A stretch of 64,000 nt of DNA from Bacilli bacterium. Its GTDB lineage: Bacteria > Bacillota_I > Bacilli_A > RF39 > UBA660. The position numbers and the translations under genes are program-made. The DNA lies in NCBI GenBank assembly GCA_016283075.1, contig JAEEMF010000040.1, forward strand, positions 470 through 64,469. The letters are read 5' to 3'. Each line of letters begins with the position of its first letter. Position 1 is the stretch's first letter. The notes beneath the pieces were generated by a model. That model saw only the letters and a list, made by a program, of their open reading frames with translations, was not told the DNA's origin and made no database searches. Below are positions 8,888-19,106 of this stretch, piece by piece.

Positions 8888-11107
8888 ATGGCTAAAAAAA
8901 GAAGAAAAAAGAAAGAAGAAACAGTAGATAATTCTAAGTATAGTGAAATAATTATAGGTATTATTCTTATACTTCTAGGAATTATTGGAATATTTAATTT
9001 AGGAGTAGTAGGTAAATACGTAGGGTATGGATCTATATTCTTAGTAGGAAGATGGTATAATTTCTTTTTAGGATTAATATCTTTAATAGGATTATATATG
9101 TTGTTTAAAGGAGAAAAACCTAGATATTTCTCTCCTAAGTTTATAGGACTATGTTTAGTTGTAATATCTATTCTAGTATTAAGTCATTTAAGTTATAGTC
9201 AGTATACTATGAAAGACTGCGTTATAAATACATATAATGATGTATTAGGTTATATAAAGAACCCTAGTATAGAAAAAACTAATGGTGGTATTATAGGAGG
9301 ATTATTTGGTTCAGTATCATTCTATTTATTTGATAAAAAAGGAACTGTAATAATTGATTCTATATTAATTGCCTTAGGACTTAGTTTATTTACTGGAGTA
9401 TCTATTTATGACATAATTACTAAGGCTAGAGAAAAAGCTTCTAAAGTAGTACATCGTAAGAGTGATAAAGAAGAAAAACTTGCTATTACAAAAGTAGAAG
9501 ATGATTATGAAGATGAAACTACTAGTGATAAGATGGTTATTACTAATGTAAATGAACTTACTAAATTAGGTAAAAATGATAGTAAGAAAGAAGAAGTTAA
9601 AGAAGAAAATATTACTATAGAAGATAAAGAAGAAAGTGAAATTGATAAAGTATATTATTTTCCTCCAACAACTTTACTTAATAAACCAGTAAGAACTAAT
9701 AGTAATGAAAATAATGAAGCAATAAAAGCTACTGCGCCACTACTTGAAGACGTATTAAGACAATTTGAAATAGAAAGTAAAGTAGTTGCAGCACATGTTG
9801 GTCCTACTGTTACTCAGTATGAACTTGAAGTTAAAACCGGTACTAAACTTGCTAGAATCTTAGCTGTTAATAGAGAAATAGCACTTGCTCTTGCTGCTAA
9901 AGAAGTAAGAATTCAAGCGCCAATTCCTGGTAGACGTACAGTAGGTATAGAAATACCTAATAAGAAAAGTACTATGGTTACTGTAAGAGAAGTACTTGAA
10001 AGAATGCCAGATAAATTAAAAGAAAATAAACTTGCTGTTACTCTTGGTAGAGATATCATGGGTAATCCACAGTTCTGTGAAATTAATAAGACACCACACC
10101 TTTTAGTAGCTGGTTCTACTGGATCAGGTAAATCTGTATGTATTAATAGTATTATTATTTCAATTTTAATGCGTACTAGACCTGATGAAGTTAAACTAGT
10201 ACTTGTGGACCCTAAGAAGGTAGAGTTTTCTATGTATAATGGTGTACCACACTTACTTGCACCAGTTGTATCTGATGCTAAGAAAGCAAATATTGCTCTT
10301 AAGAAAATGGTATCTGAAATGGAAAGAAGATATGATTTATTTGAAGAGAGTGGTACTAAAAATATAGCAGGATATAATGCTTATATTGATAAGAAAAATG
10401 AAAAACTTCCTGAGGGAGAAAAACTTAATAGATTACCATTTATCGTAATAATAATCGATGAACTTGCTGACCTTATGATGGTTGCTGCAAAAGAAGTTCA
10501 AGATTCAATTATGCGTATTACACAAATGGCTCGTGCTGCTGGTATGCATTTAATAGTAGCAACACAAAGACCATCTACAAATGTAATTACAGGTGTAATT
10601 AAAGCTAATATTCCATCAAGAATATCATTTGCTGTATCAAGTGGAATTGATTCTCGTACAATTCTAGATATGATAGGAGCAGAAAAACTTCTTGGTCATG
10701 GTGATATGCTTTACTTACCACAAGGTGAGAATACACCAATACGTATTCAAGGTACATTTATTAGTGATGATGAAATTAAAAATGTTGTTAACTATACTGT
10801 TAAACAACAAAAAGCACGTTATGATGAAACACTTACAATGAGTGAAGAAGAAATGGGAGCAACTGATGGTATAAAAGAGGTTGAAGGTCAAGATTATGAT
10901 CCAGGAGAAGATCCTTTATATAATCAGGTTGTTGAATTTGTAGTTCAAACTAAAAAAGCTAGTACATCTTTAGTACAAAGAAGATTTAGAATTGGATACA
11001 ATAGAGCCGCTAACTTAATTGATAAGTTAGAGGAAAGAGGAATAGTTGGACCACAAAATGGTTCTAAACCTCGTGAAGTTCTAGTTGAACTTAAAAATGA
11101 AGAATAA
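8888..11107 (+). CDS. ftsK: DNA translocase FtsK/SpoIIIE
   Basis: N-terminal polytopic domain, linker, then a motor domain with Walker A GSTGSGKSV and Walker B IIIDELADLMM. C-terminal gamma winged helix (SLVQRRFRIGYNRAANLIDKLE). Confidence 0.95.
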   Translation: MAKKRRKKKEETVDNSKYSEIIIGIILILLGIIGIFNLGVVGKYVGYGSIFLVGRWYNFFLGLISLIGLYMLFKGEKPRYFSPKFIGLCLVVISILVLSHLSYSQYTMKDCVINTYNDVLGYIKNPSIEKTNGGIIGGLFGSVSFYLFDKKGTVIIDSILIALGLSLFTGVSIYDIITKAREKASKVVHRKSDKEEKLAITKVEDDYEDETTSDKMVITNVNELTKLGKNDSKKEEVKEENITIEDKEESEIDKVYYFPPTTLLNKPVRTNSNENNEAIKATAPLLEDVLRQFEIESKVVAAHVGPTVTQYELEVKTGTKLARILAVNREIALALAAKEVRIQAPIPGRRTVGIEIPNKKSTMVTVREVLERMPDKLKENKLAVTLGRDIMGNPQFCEINKTPHLLVAGSTGSGKSVCINSIIISILMRTRPDEVKLVLVDPKKVEFSMYNGVPHLLAPVVSDAKKANIALKKMVSEMERRYDLFEESGTKNIAGYNAYIDKKNEKLPEGEKLNRLPFIVIIIDELADLMMVAAKEVQDSIMRITQMARAAGMHLIVATQRPSTNVITGVIKANIPSRISFAVSSGIDSRTILDMIGAEKLLGHGDMLYLPQGENTPIRIQGTFISDDEIKNVVNYTVKQQKARYDETLTMSEEEMGATDGIKEVEGQDYDPGEDPLYNQVVEFVVQTKKASTSLVQRRFRIGYNRAANLIDKLEERGIVGPQNGSKPREVLVELKNEE

Positions 11108-11189
11108 AAAAGTGGGAGAAAACCTTTAAAATAAAAGGTTTTCTTTGCTTTTTATAAGAAAAAATGATATAATTATTAAGGTGATTAAG

Positions 11190-13109
11190 ATGGTAAACAA
11201 AATAGAAAAGTACGATGAAAGTTCCATTAAGATCTTAGAAGGTTTAGATGCGGTTCGTAAAAGACCTGGTATGTATATTGGGTCTACTGATAAAAGAGGT
11301 TTGCATCACCTTGTATGGGAGATAGTTGATAACTCAATTGATGAAGTTATCAATGGTTTTGGTAAAAAAATAAAAATAACACTTCATAAAGATGGATCGA
11401 TTTCTGTTCAAGATGAAGGACGTGGTGTACCAGTAGGTAAACATGCATCAGGTAAATCAACACCAGAAGTTGTTTATACAGTACTTCATGCTGGTGGTAA
11501 ATTTGAAGCAGGTGGATACAAAGTATCTGGTGGTCTTCATGGTGTAGGTGCATCTGTCGTAAACGCTTTATCTAAATGGATGGAAGTTACTATAAAGAAA
11601 GATGGATATGAACACTATATTCGTTTTGAAAATGGTGGACATACAGTAGTTCCTTTAAAGAAACTTGATAAAACAAGTAAGACTGGAACAACAGTAAGAT
11701 TCTTACCAGATCCAGCTATATTTCCTATAACTACATTCTCTTATTCAACTATTACTGAAAGAATGCAAGAAAGTGCATTCCTTCTAAAAGATTTAACTAT
11801 TGAAGTAATAGATGAAATAGAACAAAGAAGTGAAACTTATCATTATGAAGACGGGTTATCTGCTTTTGTAGATTATATTAATGATGATAAAAAAGGACTT
11901 CACAATGTAGTAAACTTTAGTGGATCTAAAAATGATATAAATGTAGATTTAGCATTTCAATATACTGATAGTTATGCCGAAAACATTATTTCATTTGTTA
12001 ATAATGTTAAAACAAATGATGGTGGTTCTCATGAAGTAGGACTTAAAACTGCTATAACAAGAGTATTTAATGATTATGCTAAAAATAATGGATTTATTAA
12101 AAATAAAGATAAGACTTTAGAAGGACCTGATACAAGAGAAGGTTTAACAGCAATTATTTCTCTTCAAATACCTGAAAGTTTACTTCAGTTTGAAGGACAA
12201 ACTAAAGGTAAACTTGGTACTCCTATAGCTAAGAATGTTGTAGAAGCAGTTGTATCTGAAAAGTTATCATTCTACTTAGAAGAAAATAAAGCTATTGCTA
12301 CTGAACTAGTTAATAAAATGCTTAAAAGTAGAATGGTTAGAGAAGCTGCAAGAAAAGCTCGTGATGAAGCAAGAGCTGGTAAAAAAGATAAGAAGGAAGC
12401 TTCTGTATCTGGAAAACTTGCTCCAGCACAATCTAAGAATCCTAAAAAGAATGAGTTATTCTTAGTCGAAGGAGATTCTGCCGGTGGTTCTGCTAAAGGT
12501 GGTAGAGATCGTAAATTCCAAGCAATACTTCCACTTCGTGGTAAAGTTTTAAATACTGAAAAAACACGTATGGAAGAAATCTTTAAAAATGAAGAAATTA
12601 ATACAATGATTCATACAATTGGTGCAGGAGTTGGAACTGATTTTGATGTAGAAGATTCTAACTATGATAAAGTAATTATCATGACCGATGCTGATGATGA
12701 TGGAGCACATATTCAAATACTATTAATTACTTTCTTCTATAGATATATGAAACCTTTAATAGAGGCAGGAAAACTTTATATAGCACTTCCTCCTTTATAT
12801 AAAATAGATTATGGTAAAAAACATTTCTATGCATGGACAGACGAGGAACTTGAGCAAATTAAAAAGGATAATGGTGGAAAACCAGGAGTTCAAAGATATA
12901 AAGGACTTGGTGAAATGAACGCTGATCAACTTTGGGAAACAACAATGAGTCCTGATACAAGAATGCTTATTAGAGTTACTATTACTGATGGAGCACTTGC
13001 TGAAAAACGTGTTAGTGTTCTAATGGGTGATAAAGTAGAACCTCGTAAAGAGTGGATAGAAGAAAATGTTGTCTTCACACTTGAAGATAACTATAAGATA
13101 GAGAAATAG
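11190..13109 (+). CDS. parE: DNA topoisomerase IV subunit B (type IIA topoisomerase ATPase subunit)
   Basis: GLDAVRKRPGMYIG, EGDSAGG, PLRGKVLNTEK and DADDDGAHI motifs. Called ParE rather than GyrB because the partner subunit lacks a GyrA box. Start at 11190 follows an AAGGTGA RBS. Confidence 0.8.
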   Translation: MVNKIEKYDESSIKILEGLDAVRKRPGMYIGSTDKRGLHHLVWEIVDNSIDEVINGFGKKIKITLHKDGSISVQDEGRGVPVGKHASGKSTPEVVYTVLHAGGKFEAGGYKVSGGLHGVGASVVNALSKWMEVTIKKDGYEHYIRFENGGHTVVPLKKLDKTSKTGTTVRFLPDPAIFPITTFSYSTITERMQESAFLLKDLTIEVIDEIEQRSETYHYEDGLSAFVDYINDDKKGLHNVVNFSGSKNDINVDLAFQYTDSYAENIISFVNNVKTNDGGSHEVGLKTAITRVFNDYAKNNGFIKNKDKTLEGPDTREGLTAIISLQIPESLLQFEGQTKGKLGTPIAKNVVEAVVSEKLSFYLEENKAIATELVNKMLKSRMVREAARKARDEARAGKKDKKEASVSGKLAPAQSKNPKKNELFLVEGDSAGGSAKGGRDRKFQAILPLRGKVLNTEKTRMEEIFKNEEINTMIHTIGAGVGTDFDVEDSNYDKVIIMTDADDDGAHIQILLITFFYRYMKPLIEAGKLYIALPPLYKIDYGKKHFYAWTDEELEQIKKDNGGKPGVQRYKGLGEMNADQLWETTMSPDTRMLIRVTITDGALAEKRVSVLMGDKVEPRKEWIEENVVFTLEDNYKIEK

Positions 13110-13120
13110 AGGTGTATATT

Positions 13121-15643
13121 ATGACAGATACTAAAGAAGCTTTACAAAGAATTCAAGAATATACACTTGAAGAAATAATGGGTGATAGATTTGGTAGATA
13201 TGCCAAAGCTATTATTCAAGATCGTGCTATCCCAGATGTTAGAGATGGTTTAAAACCAGTTCAAAGAAGAATTTTATATGGTATGTATAAAGATCATAAT
13301 ACATTTGATAAACCATACCGTAAGAGTGCTAAAACAGTAGGGTATATAATGGGTAATTACCATCCACATGGTGATTCTAGTATATATGAAGCAATGGTAC
13401 GTATGTCACAGTGGTGGAAACAAAATACTATGTATGTTGATATGCAAGGTAATAATGGTTCCATGGATGGTGATGGCGCTGCCGCAATGCGTTATACTGA
13501 AGCAAGACTTGCTAAAATTAGTAATGAGCTATTAAAAGATATAGATAAAAATACAGTAATGTGGGCACCTAACTTTGATGATACAGAGCTTGAGCCTACT
13601 GTACTTCCAGCCAAGTTTCCGAACCTTTTAGTTAATGGTTCAACTGGTATCTCAGCAGGATATGCAACTAATATTCCTCCACATAATTTAGGAGAAATAA
13701 TAGATGCAACTATTAAAAGAATCGAAAGCCCTAACTGCAGGTTAGATACTATTCTTGATATAGTTAAAGGACCAGACTTCCCTACAGGTGGTGTTGCATG
13801 TGGTAAACAAGGTATTATTGATGCATTTACAACTGGTAAAGGAAAAGTAGTAGTAAAATCTAAAATAGAATTTGCTAAAGATAAAAATAAAGAACAAATT
13901 ATTATTACAGAAATACCATTTGAAGTTAACAAAGCTTTGCTTGTTAAAAAGATTGATGATATTCGTATTGATAAAAAAATAGATGGTATTGCTGAAGTAA
14001 GAGATGAATCTGATAGAGAAGGACTTAGAATTGCAATTGATTTAAAACAAGGTGCTCCTAAGGATTTAGTACTCAACTATTTACTTAAGAATACTGATCT
14101 ACAAATATCATATGCTTATAATATGGTAGCAATTGTTAATCGCCGTCCTATGACACTTGGTATACTTCCTATACTAGATGCTTATATAGCACATCAAAAA
14201 GAAGTAGTAACTAAACGTACTAAGTTTGATTTAGATTATGCTGAAGCTAGAATGCATATAGTAGAAGGTTTAATAAAAGCCTTAAGTATATTAGATGATG
14301 TAATTCTTACTATTAGACAAAGTAAGAATAAAGCTGATGCTAAAGAAAACTTAGTAAAGAAATTTGGTTTTACTGAAAAACAAGCAGAAGCAATCTTAGT
14401 ATTACAACTATATAGATTAACAAATATGGATGTTATTGAACTTCAAACTGAATTTGGTAATCTAGAAAGAGTAATAGCCGGATTAAAAGCTATACTTGCT
14501 GATGAAGAAAAACTTAAATATGTTATGAAAGAAGAACTTAAAGCAGTTAAGAAAGAGTATGCTACTCCACGTAAAACAGAAATTGTTGATGAAGTAGAAG
14601 AAATTAAGATAGATACTACTGAAATGATTGCAAAAGAAGATTGCATGGTAGTAGTAACTAGTGATGGATATGTTAAGAGAACTTCACTTAGAAGTTATAA
14701 TAAAGAAGAACTTCCTTTAGTAAAAGAAGGAGACTTTGTAACTGGAACATATCAAATGAATACTCTAGATACATTACTTTTATTTACTGATTTAGGTAAC
14801 TATTTATATATTCCAGTATATGAACTTCCTGAAGCTAAATGGAAGGAAATGGGTAAACATGTAAGTAATGTTATTAAAATAGGTGAAGATGAAAATATTA
14901 TTGATAGTCTTCCGGTATATGACTTTAATGATGGAAGTTATATTACTATGTTTACTAGAGATGGTATGGTTAAACGTACAAGTTTATCTGAATTTAAAGT
15001 TAGTAGATATTCTAAACCAATTATTTGCATGAAACTTAAAGACGATGATAAAGTTGTAACAGTAACAAATGATCCTGGTAAAGAAGTATTTATTACTACA
15101 AAAAATGGATATGGTCTAAGATATAATGTAGATGAAATATCTGAAGTAGGACTTCGTGCTAGTGGTGTTAAAGCTATATCTCTTAAAAATGATGAAGTAG
15201 TATGTGCATCTATATTTGATGAACTTGATTACTTATCAGTAATTACTGATAAAGGAACAGGTAAACGTATTAAACTTACTGAATTTGAAACAATTAGTAG
15301 AGCTAAAAAAGGTGTACTAATGGTAAGAGATGTTAAGACAAATCCATATCATATTTTAAGAACATTTATAGTACCATCTAAAAATGTTATTAGTATTAAG
15401 ATAGGAAATGACTTTAAACAAGTTAAATTAACTGAACTGCCTATAACAGATAGATATTCAACTGGAACAGTTATTTCTAAGAGTACCATAGATAAAGTAT
15501 TCTTAAATAAAGATGTAGTAACATCTTCATCTAAGAATGAAAAACCAGTAGAGGATATTAAAGAAGAAGTTAATTTAAAAACAATAGATGAAAAGATTTT
15601 AACTATTGATGACTTCTTAGATGATTTTAAAATAAAGGGTTAA
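13121..15643 (+). CDS. parC: DNA topoisomerase IV subunit A
   Basis: DGLKPVQRRILY, catalytic region AAMRYTEARL. I see no QRRGGKG-type GyrA box at the start of the C-terminal domain. Confidence 0.8.
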   Translation: MTDTKEALQRIQEYTLEEIMGDRFGRYAKAIIQDRAIPDVRDGLKPVQRRILYGMYKDHNTFDKPYRKSAKTVGYIMGNYHPHGDSSIYEAMVRMSQWWKQNTMYVDMQGNNGSMDGDGAAAMRYTEARLAKISNELLKDIDKNTVMWAPNFDDTELEPTVLPAKFPNLLVNGSTGISAGYATNIPPHNLGEIIDATIKRIESPNCRLDTILDIVKGPDFPTGGVACGKQGIIDAFTTGKGKVVVKSKIEFAKDKNKEQIIITEIPFEVNKALLVKKIDDIRIDKKIDGIAEVRDESDREGLRIAIDLKQGAPKDLVLNYLLKNTDLQISYAYNMVAIVNRRPMTLGILPILDAYIAHQKEVVTKRTKFDLDYAEARMHIVEGLIKALSILDDVILTIRQSKNKADAKENLVKKFGFTEKQAEAILVLQLYRLTNMDVIELQTEFGNLERVIAGLKAILADEEKLKYVMKEELKAVKKEYATPRKTEIVDEVEEIKIDTTEMIAKEDCMVVVTSDGYVKRTSLRSYNKEELPLVKEGDFVTGTYQMNTLDTLLLFTDLGNYLYIPVYELPEAKWKEMGKHVSNVIKIGEDENIIDSLPVYDFNDGSYITMFTRDGMVKRTSLSEFKVSRYSKPIICMKLKDDDKVVTVTNDPGKEVFITTKNGYGLRYNVDEISEVGLRASGVKAISLKNDEVVCASIFDELDYLSVITDKGTGKRIKLTEFETISRAKKGVLMVRDVKTNPYHILRTFIVPSKNVISIKIGNDFKQVKLTELPITDRYSTGTVISKSTIDKVFLNKDVVTSSSKNEKPVEDIKEEVNLKTIDEKILTIDDFLDDFKIKG

Positions 15644-15716
15644 TATAACCCTTTTTTCTTTTATTGACTAAGTATCTTATTTAATTATATAATTATATTA
15701 GAGAGTAGATGATTAG

Positions 15717-16079
15717 ATGAATAGAAATGGGTTTACTTTAGTAGAATTAATAGCAATTATAATAATAATTGCTATAGTATCACTTTTATCTTTTACTAGT
15801 TTAACTAATATGTTAAAAGATAGTAATGATAAAGAATTATCAACTTTTGAAGAGTCAGTTAAGACTGCAGCAAAAGTATATGTAGAAACAAATATAGCTG
15901 ATTTTCCAGGATTAAATACTACTGGAACAGTAAAACTTACTGCTAGTACATTAGTAGAAAAAGGTTACTTAAAACCTAATATTAATAATCCTTCAGGATA
16001 TGAACTTACTAAAGTACAAGTAGTAATTACAAAAGAAGCAGATAAGACTTTATCATATAGTATTGTTTATAAGTCATAA
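15717..16079 (+). CDS. small type IV pilin / ComGC-like pseudopilin (candidate major subunit), monocistronic
   Basis: RNG|FTLVELIAIIIIIAIVSLLSF motif, 120 aa. It has its own TTGACT-18-TATAAT promoter (about 15666-15695) and a strong bidirectional terminator. Confidence 0.8.
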   Translation: MNRNGFTLVELIAIIIIIAIVSLLSFTSLTNMLKDSNDKELSTFEESVKTAAKVYVETNIADFPGLNTTGTVKLTASTLVEKGYLKPNINNPSGYELTKVQVVITKEADKTLSYSIVYKS

Positions 16080-16083
16080 AAAA

Positions 16084-16106
16084 AGGTTAGGAATTATTCC
16101 TAACCT
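16084..16106. terminator. bidirectional intrinsic terminator shared by the pilin gene and lexA
   Basis: AGGTTAGGAA-tta-TTCCTAACCT hairpin, flanked by an A-run upstream and a T-run downstream. Confidence 0.8.
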
Positions 16107-16109
16107 TTT

Positions 16110-16727
16110 TTAAAACTTTCTATATAGTCCTATTGCTTTACCTAGTATTGTTACATTATCTAAAATAATAGGGTCCATTGTATCATTTTCTGGTTGTAAT
16201 CTAAAATATCCATCTTCTTTATAAAATGTTTTAAGTGTTACTTCATTTTCATCTGTCATTGCTACTACTATTTCACCATTTCTTGCTACATTTTGTCTTT
16301 GTACTATAACAATATCTCCATCTAATATACCAGCATTTATCATACTAGTACCACTTACTTTTAATGTAAATACATCTTTATTATTAGGTACTAAATATGC
16401 TGGAAGTGAAAAGTATTCATCTGGCATTTCAATAGCTTCAATAGGTGATCCAGCAGTAATTTTTCCAAGTAATGGTACTTCTATAATATCTGGATCTTTA
16501 TTTTCAAATTCATTTTCTACAAGAAGTTCAATAGCTCTATTTTTAGAACCATCTTTCTTTATAAATCCTTTTTCAACTAATTTATTTAAATGTGTATGTA
16601 TTGTAGCAGGGGATGATACACCTAAGTCTCTACCGATTTCTCTAACTGTAGGTGGATATCCATGAGAAACAATATACTCTTTAACATATGTAAGAATTTC
16701 ATCTTGACGTTTTGTTAAACTTTCCAT
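16110..16727 (-). CDS. lexA: LexA repressor
   Basis: N-terminal winged HTH (LTKRQDEILTYV..GYPPTVREIG). Autocleavage module with GTSMINAGILDGD (Ser) and VTLKTF (Lys). Confidence 0.95.
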   Translation of the reverse strand: MESLTKRQDEILTYVKEYIVSHGYPPTVREIGRDLGVSSPATIHTHLNKLVEKGFIKKDGSKNRAIELLVENEFENKDPDIIEVPLLGKITAGSPIEAIEMPDEYFSLPAYLVPNNKDVFTLKVSGTSMINAGILDGDIVIVQRQNVARNGEIVVAMTDENEVTLKTFYKEDGYFRLQPENDTMDPIILDNVTILGKAIGLYRKF

Positions 16728-16781
16728 TTTAATCCTCCTTTTATATTACAAGATAATTTTAACATAGTTTACAGTAGATGT

Positions 16782-16795
16782 CAAACATTTGTTTG
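16782..16795. promoter_or_regulatory. degenerate LexA (Cheo-type) box in the lexA upstream region
   Basis: CAAACATTTGTTTG, a palindrome matching CGAACnnnnGTTCG at 10 of 10 arm positions if A/T replaces G/C at one position per arm. It lies 55 nt upstream of the lexA start. Confidence 0.5.
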
Positions 16796-16804
16796 ATTTT
16801 TATA

Positions 16805-16833
16805 TTGACACGAACAAGTGTTCGTAGTAGAAT
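16805..16833 (+). promoter_or_regulatory. SOS promoter: TTGACA -17- TAGAAT with a perfect LexA box (CGAACAAGTGTTCG, 16811-16824) filling the spacer
   Basis: Read directly: -35 at 16805-16810, box at 16811-16824, -10 at 16828-16833. The box matches the Firmicute LexA consensus CGAACnnnnGTTCG exactly. Confidence 0.85.
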
Positions 16834-16855
16834 GATAATAGAAGGAGAGATAAGT

Positions 16856-16993
16856 ATGGTAGAAACTTTAAAAAACAAATATTTTTATATTACAATTATA
16901 TTCTTACTAATGTTATTTTTTGTAGGAGGATTACTTACAAGAAATATGGAATATAATAATTGTTATAAGGAAACTACATTATCTTCGATGTAG
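16856..16993 (+). CDS. 45-aa SOS-controlled small membrane protein (candidate YneA/SosA-type division inhibitor)
   Basis: ATG at 16856 follows an AGGAGAGA RBS and lies 23 nt downstream of the -10. Sequence MVETLKNKYFYITIIFLLMLFFVGGLLTRNMEYNNCYKETTLSSM has one TM helix plus an 18-aa tail. It sits divergent from lexA and upstream of tkt, as yneA does in B. subtilis. Confidence 0.6.
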   Translation: MVETLKNKYFYITIIFLLMLFFVGGLLTRNMEYNNCYKETTLSSM

Positions 16994-17059
16994 TTATTTT
17001 TTTACTTTATTATACTTATTAGTTTTGATATAATGTAAGTATAATGAAGTGGTGATTTT

Positions 17060-19045
17060 ATGGATAACAAACTAGTGTCAATGATAAAAATGTTAGGTAT
17101 AGATATGATAGATGTAGCAGGATCTGGACATCCTGGAATTGTGCTTTCTTCAGCACCTATTATTTATACTATTTATTCAAGACACATGAATATAAATACA
17201 ACTGATTCAAACTGGATTTCTAGAGATAGATTTGTGCTTAGTGCAGGACATGGTTCAGCACTTCTTTATAGTACATTATTTTTAGCTGGATATGATATTG
17301 GTTCAGAAGATATTAAAAAATTTAGAAGATTAGGATATAAAACTCCAGGTCATCCTGAGTACGGAGTAACTCCAGGTGTAGATATGTCAACTGGCCCTCT
17401 TGGTCAAGGTTTTGCATCTAGTGTTGGTATGGCTATTGGAGAAAAAATGCTTGAATCAAAATTTGTTATTCCTGAATCTAGTAAATCACTTGCAGGTAAA
17501 TCACTTATTAATTTTGATGTATACTGCTTAGTTGGTGATGGAGATTTAATGGAAGGAATAAGTTATGAGGCAGCAAGTTTAGCCGGAACTCTTAACTTAG
17601 ATAATTTAATTGTATTATATGATTCAAATAATATTAGTTTAGATGGTGATACTTCTAATACTTTTACTGAAAATGTTCTTGATAGATTTAAAGCTATGGG
17701 ATGGTTTACTAAAAAAGTAATGGATGGTACTAATATTGAAGAAATAGATAAAGCTATATCAGATGGTAAAAAGTCAGGAAGACCTTCATTTATTGAAGTT
17801 AAAACTATTATTGGAAATGGTAGTGTTAATGCTGGTACTAGTAAAGTTCATGGTTCACCATTATCTAAAGATGATATTAAATCCTTAAAAGAAAGTTTAG
17901 GCTTTTCTAATACTCCATTCTATGTAGATATGGATGCTGTAAAAGCATTTAGAGAAAAGATAAATGATAGAAGTGGTCGCAAATATGAAATGTGGGCTAG
18001 ACTTTATAATGAATATAAGAATACTTTGGATATAAGAAATAGTGATAACTTAACTAAATTATTAAAAGGTGAGCAAATAGATTTATTAAAAGATAGATGG
18101 GTATTTAATAAAGAAGAAAAGAAAAGTGCTCGTGATATAAATGAAGAAATCATGCAAGAAATTGAAAAACAAGTATTTAACTTTGTTGGAGGAAGTGCTG
18201 ATTTATCATCATCAACTAAGACAAGACTTAAAAATGCTAAAGATGTTAAAGATGAACATTTTGATGGAAAAAATATTTGGTTTGGTGTAAGAGAACATGC
18301 TATGGGGGCAATCCTAAATGGTCTTGCTTTAGTAGGATTTAAACCATTTGGTTCTACATTCTTATCATTCTCTGATTATATGAAACCAGCTATTAGAATG
18401 TCTGCACTTATGAATTTACCAGTAAATTATATATTTACTCATGATTCTATTTTAATAGGACCTGATGGTCCAACACATCAACCTATAGAACAGTTAGTAT
18501 CTCTTCGTAGTACTCCAAATCTAAATGTATTTAGACCTGCGGATGCTAATGAAATACTTGGATCTTGGAATATGATGCTTAATAGTACTTGTCCTAATGC
18601 ACTTGTACTTTATAGACAAGATGGAATGCTTCTTGACAAAACTAATCCAGGTTTTGTTAAATTTGGAGCATACCCAGTAAGAAAAGAAAGAGAAAACTTA
18701 CATGGTATTATAATTGCAACTGGTAGTGAAGTTAAAACTGCTGTTATGATAGCAGAACAACTTTATAATGAATATAGACTTGATCTTAGAGTAGTAAGTA
18801 TGCCTTGTATGGAACTATTTGAAAAACAAGATGAAAAATATAAAGCAATGCTTTTACCTCAAGGATATAAGACTATTGTTATAGAAGCAGGATCTTCATT
18901 CTCTTGGTATAAATATGTCTATAATGAAAAGTACTTAATTACTCTTGATAGATTCGGAGTAAGCGGTACTAAAAATGAAGTAGAAAAAGAAATGAATTTC
19001 TCTTTTGAACAAATAAAAGAAAGAATAATGGGACTATTTAGATAA
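17060..19045 (+). CDS. tkt: transketolase
   Basis: GSGHPG, the GDGDLMEG TPP-binding motif, and 661 aa length. Confidence 0.95.
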   Translation: MDNKLVSMIKMLGIDMIDVAGSGHPGIVLSSAPIIYTIYSRHMNINTTDSNWISRDRFVLSAGHGSALLYSTLFLAGYDIGSEDIKKFRRLGYKTPGHPEYGVTPGVDMSTGPLGQGFASSVGMAIGEKMLESKFVIPESSKSLAGKSLINFDVYCLVGDGDLMEGISYEAASLAGTLNLDNLIVLYDSNNISLDGDTSNTFTENVLDRFKAMGWFTKKVMDGTNIEEIDKAISDGKKSGRPSFIEVKTIIGNGSVNAGTSKVHGSPLSKDDIKSLKESLGFSNTPFYVDMDAVKAFREKINDRSGRKYEMWARLYNEYKNTLDIRNSDNLTKLLKGEQIDLLKDRWVFNKEEKKSARDINEEIMQEIEKQVFNFVGGSADLSSSTKTRLKNAKDVKDEHFDGKNIWFGVREHAMGAILNGLALVGFKPFGSTFLSFSDYMKPAIRMSALMNLPVNYIFTHDSILIGPDGPTHQPIEQLVSLRSTPNLNVFRPADANEILGSWNMMLNSTCPNALVLYRQDGMLLDKTNPGFVKFGAYPVRKERENLHGIIIATGSEVKTAVMIAEQLYNEYRLDLRVVSMPCMELFEKQDEKYKAMLLPQGYKTIVIEAGSSFSWYKYVYNEKYLITLDRFGVSGTKNEVEKEMNFSFEQIKERIMGLFR

Positions 19046-19106
19046 TCTAAATAGTTTTTTTCTTTATTTAAAATATGGTATAATTAATACAGTAGGAGGA
19101 AACGTT

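Noticed and set aside
13492-14076. Long antisense ORFs in the track (13492-14076, 14443-14646, 42157-42846, 44009-44500, 45290-45496, 45995-46612, 32939-33139, 33689-33871, 36267-36539, 49740-50054 and others)
   Set aside because: All lie opposite confidently identified genes. Their products are Ser/Leu/Ile/Phe-rich low-complexity sequence, as expected from the reverse complement of Lys/Glu/Asp-rich AT-biased codons. None has an RBS or its own promoter.
11190-15643. Calling the type IIA topoisomerase pair gyrB/gyrA
   Set aside because: The A subunit lacks a recognisable GyrA box (QRRGGKG-like) at the start of its C-terminal domain. The pair is also not next to dnaA/dnaN/recF. ParE/ParC is more likely, though only a search or phylogeny would settle it.
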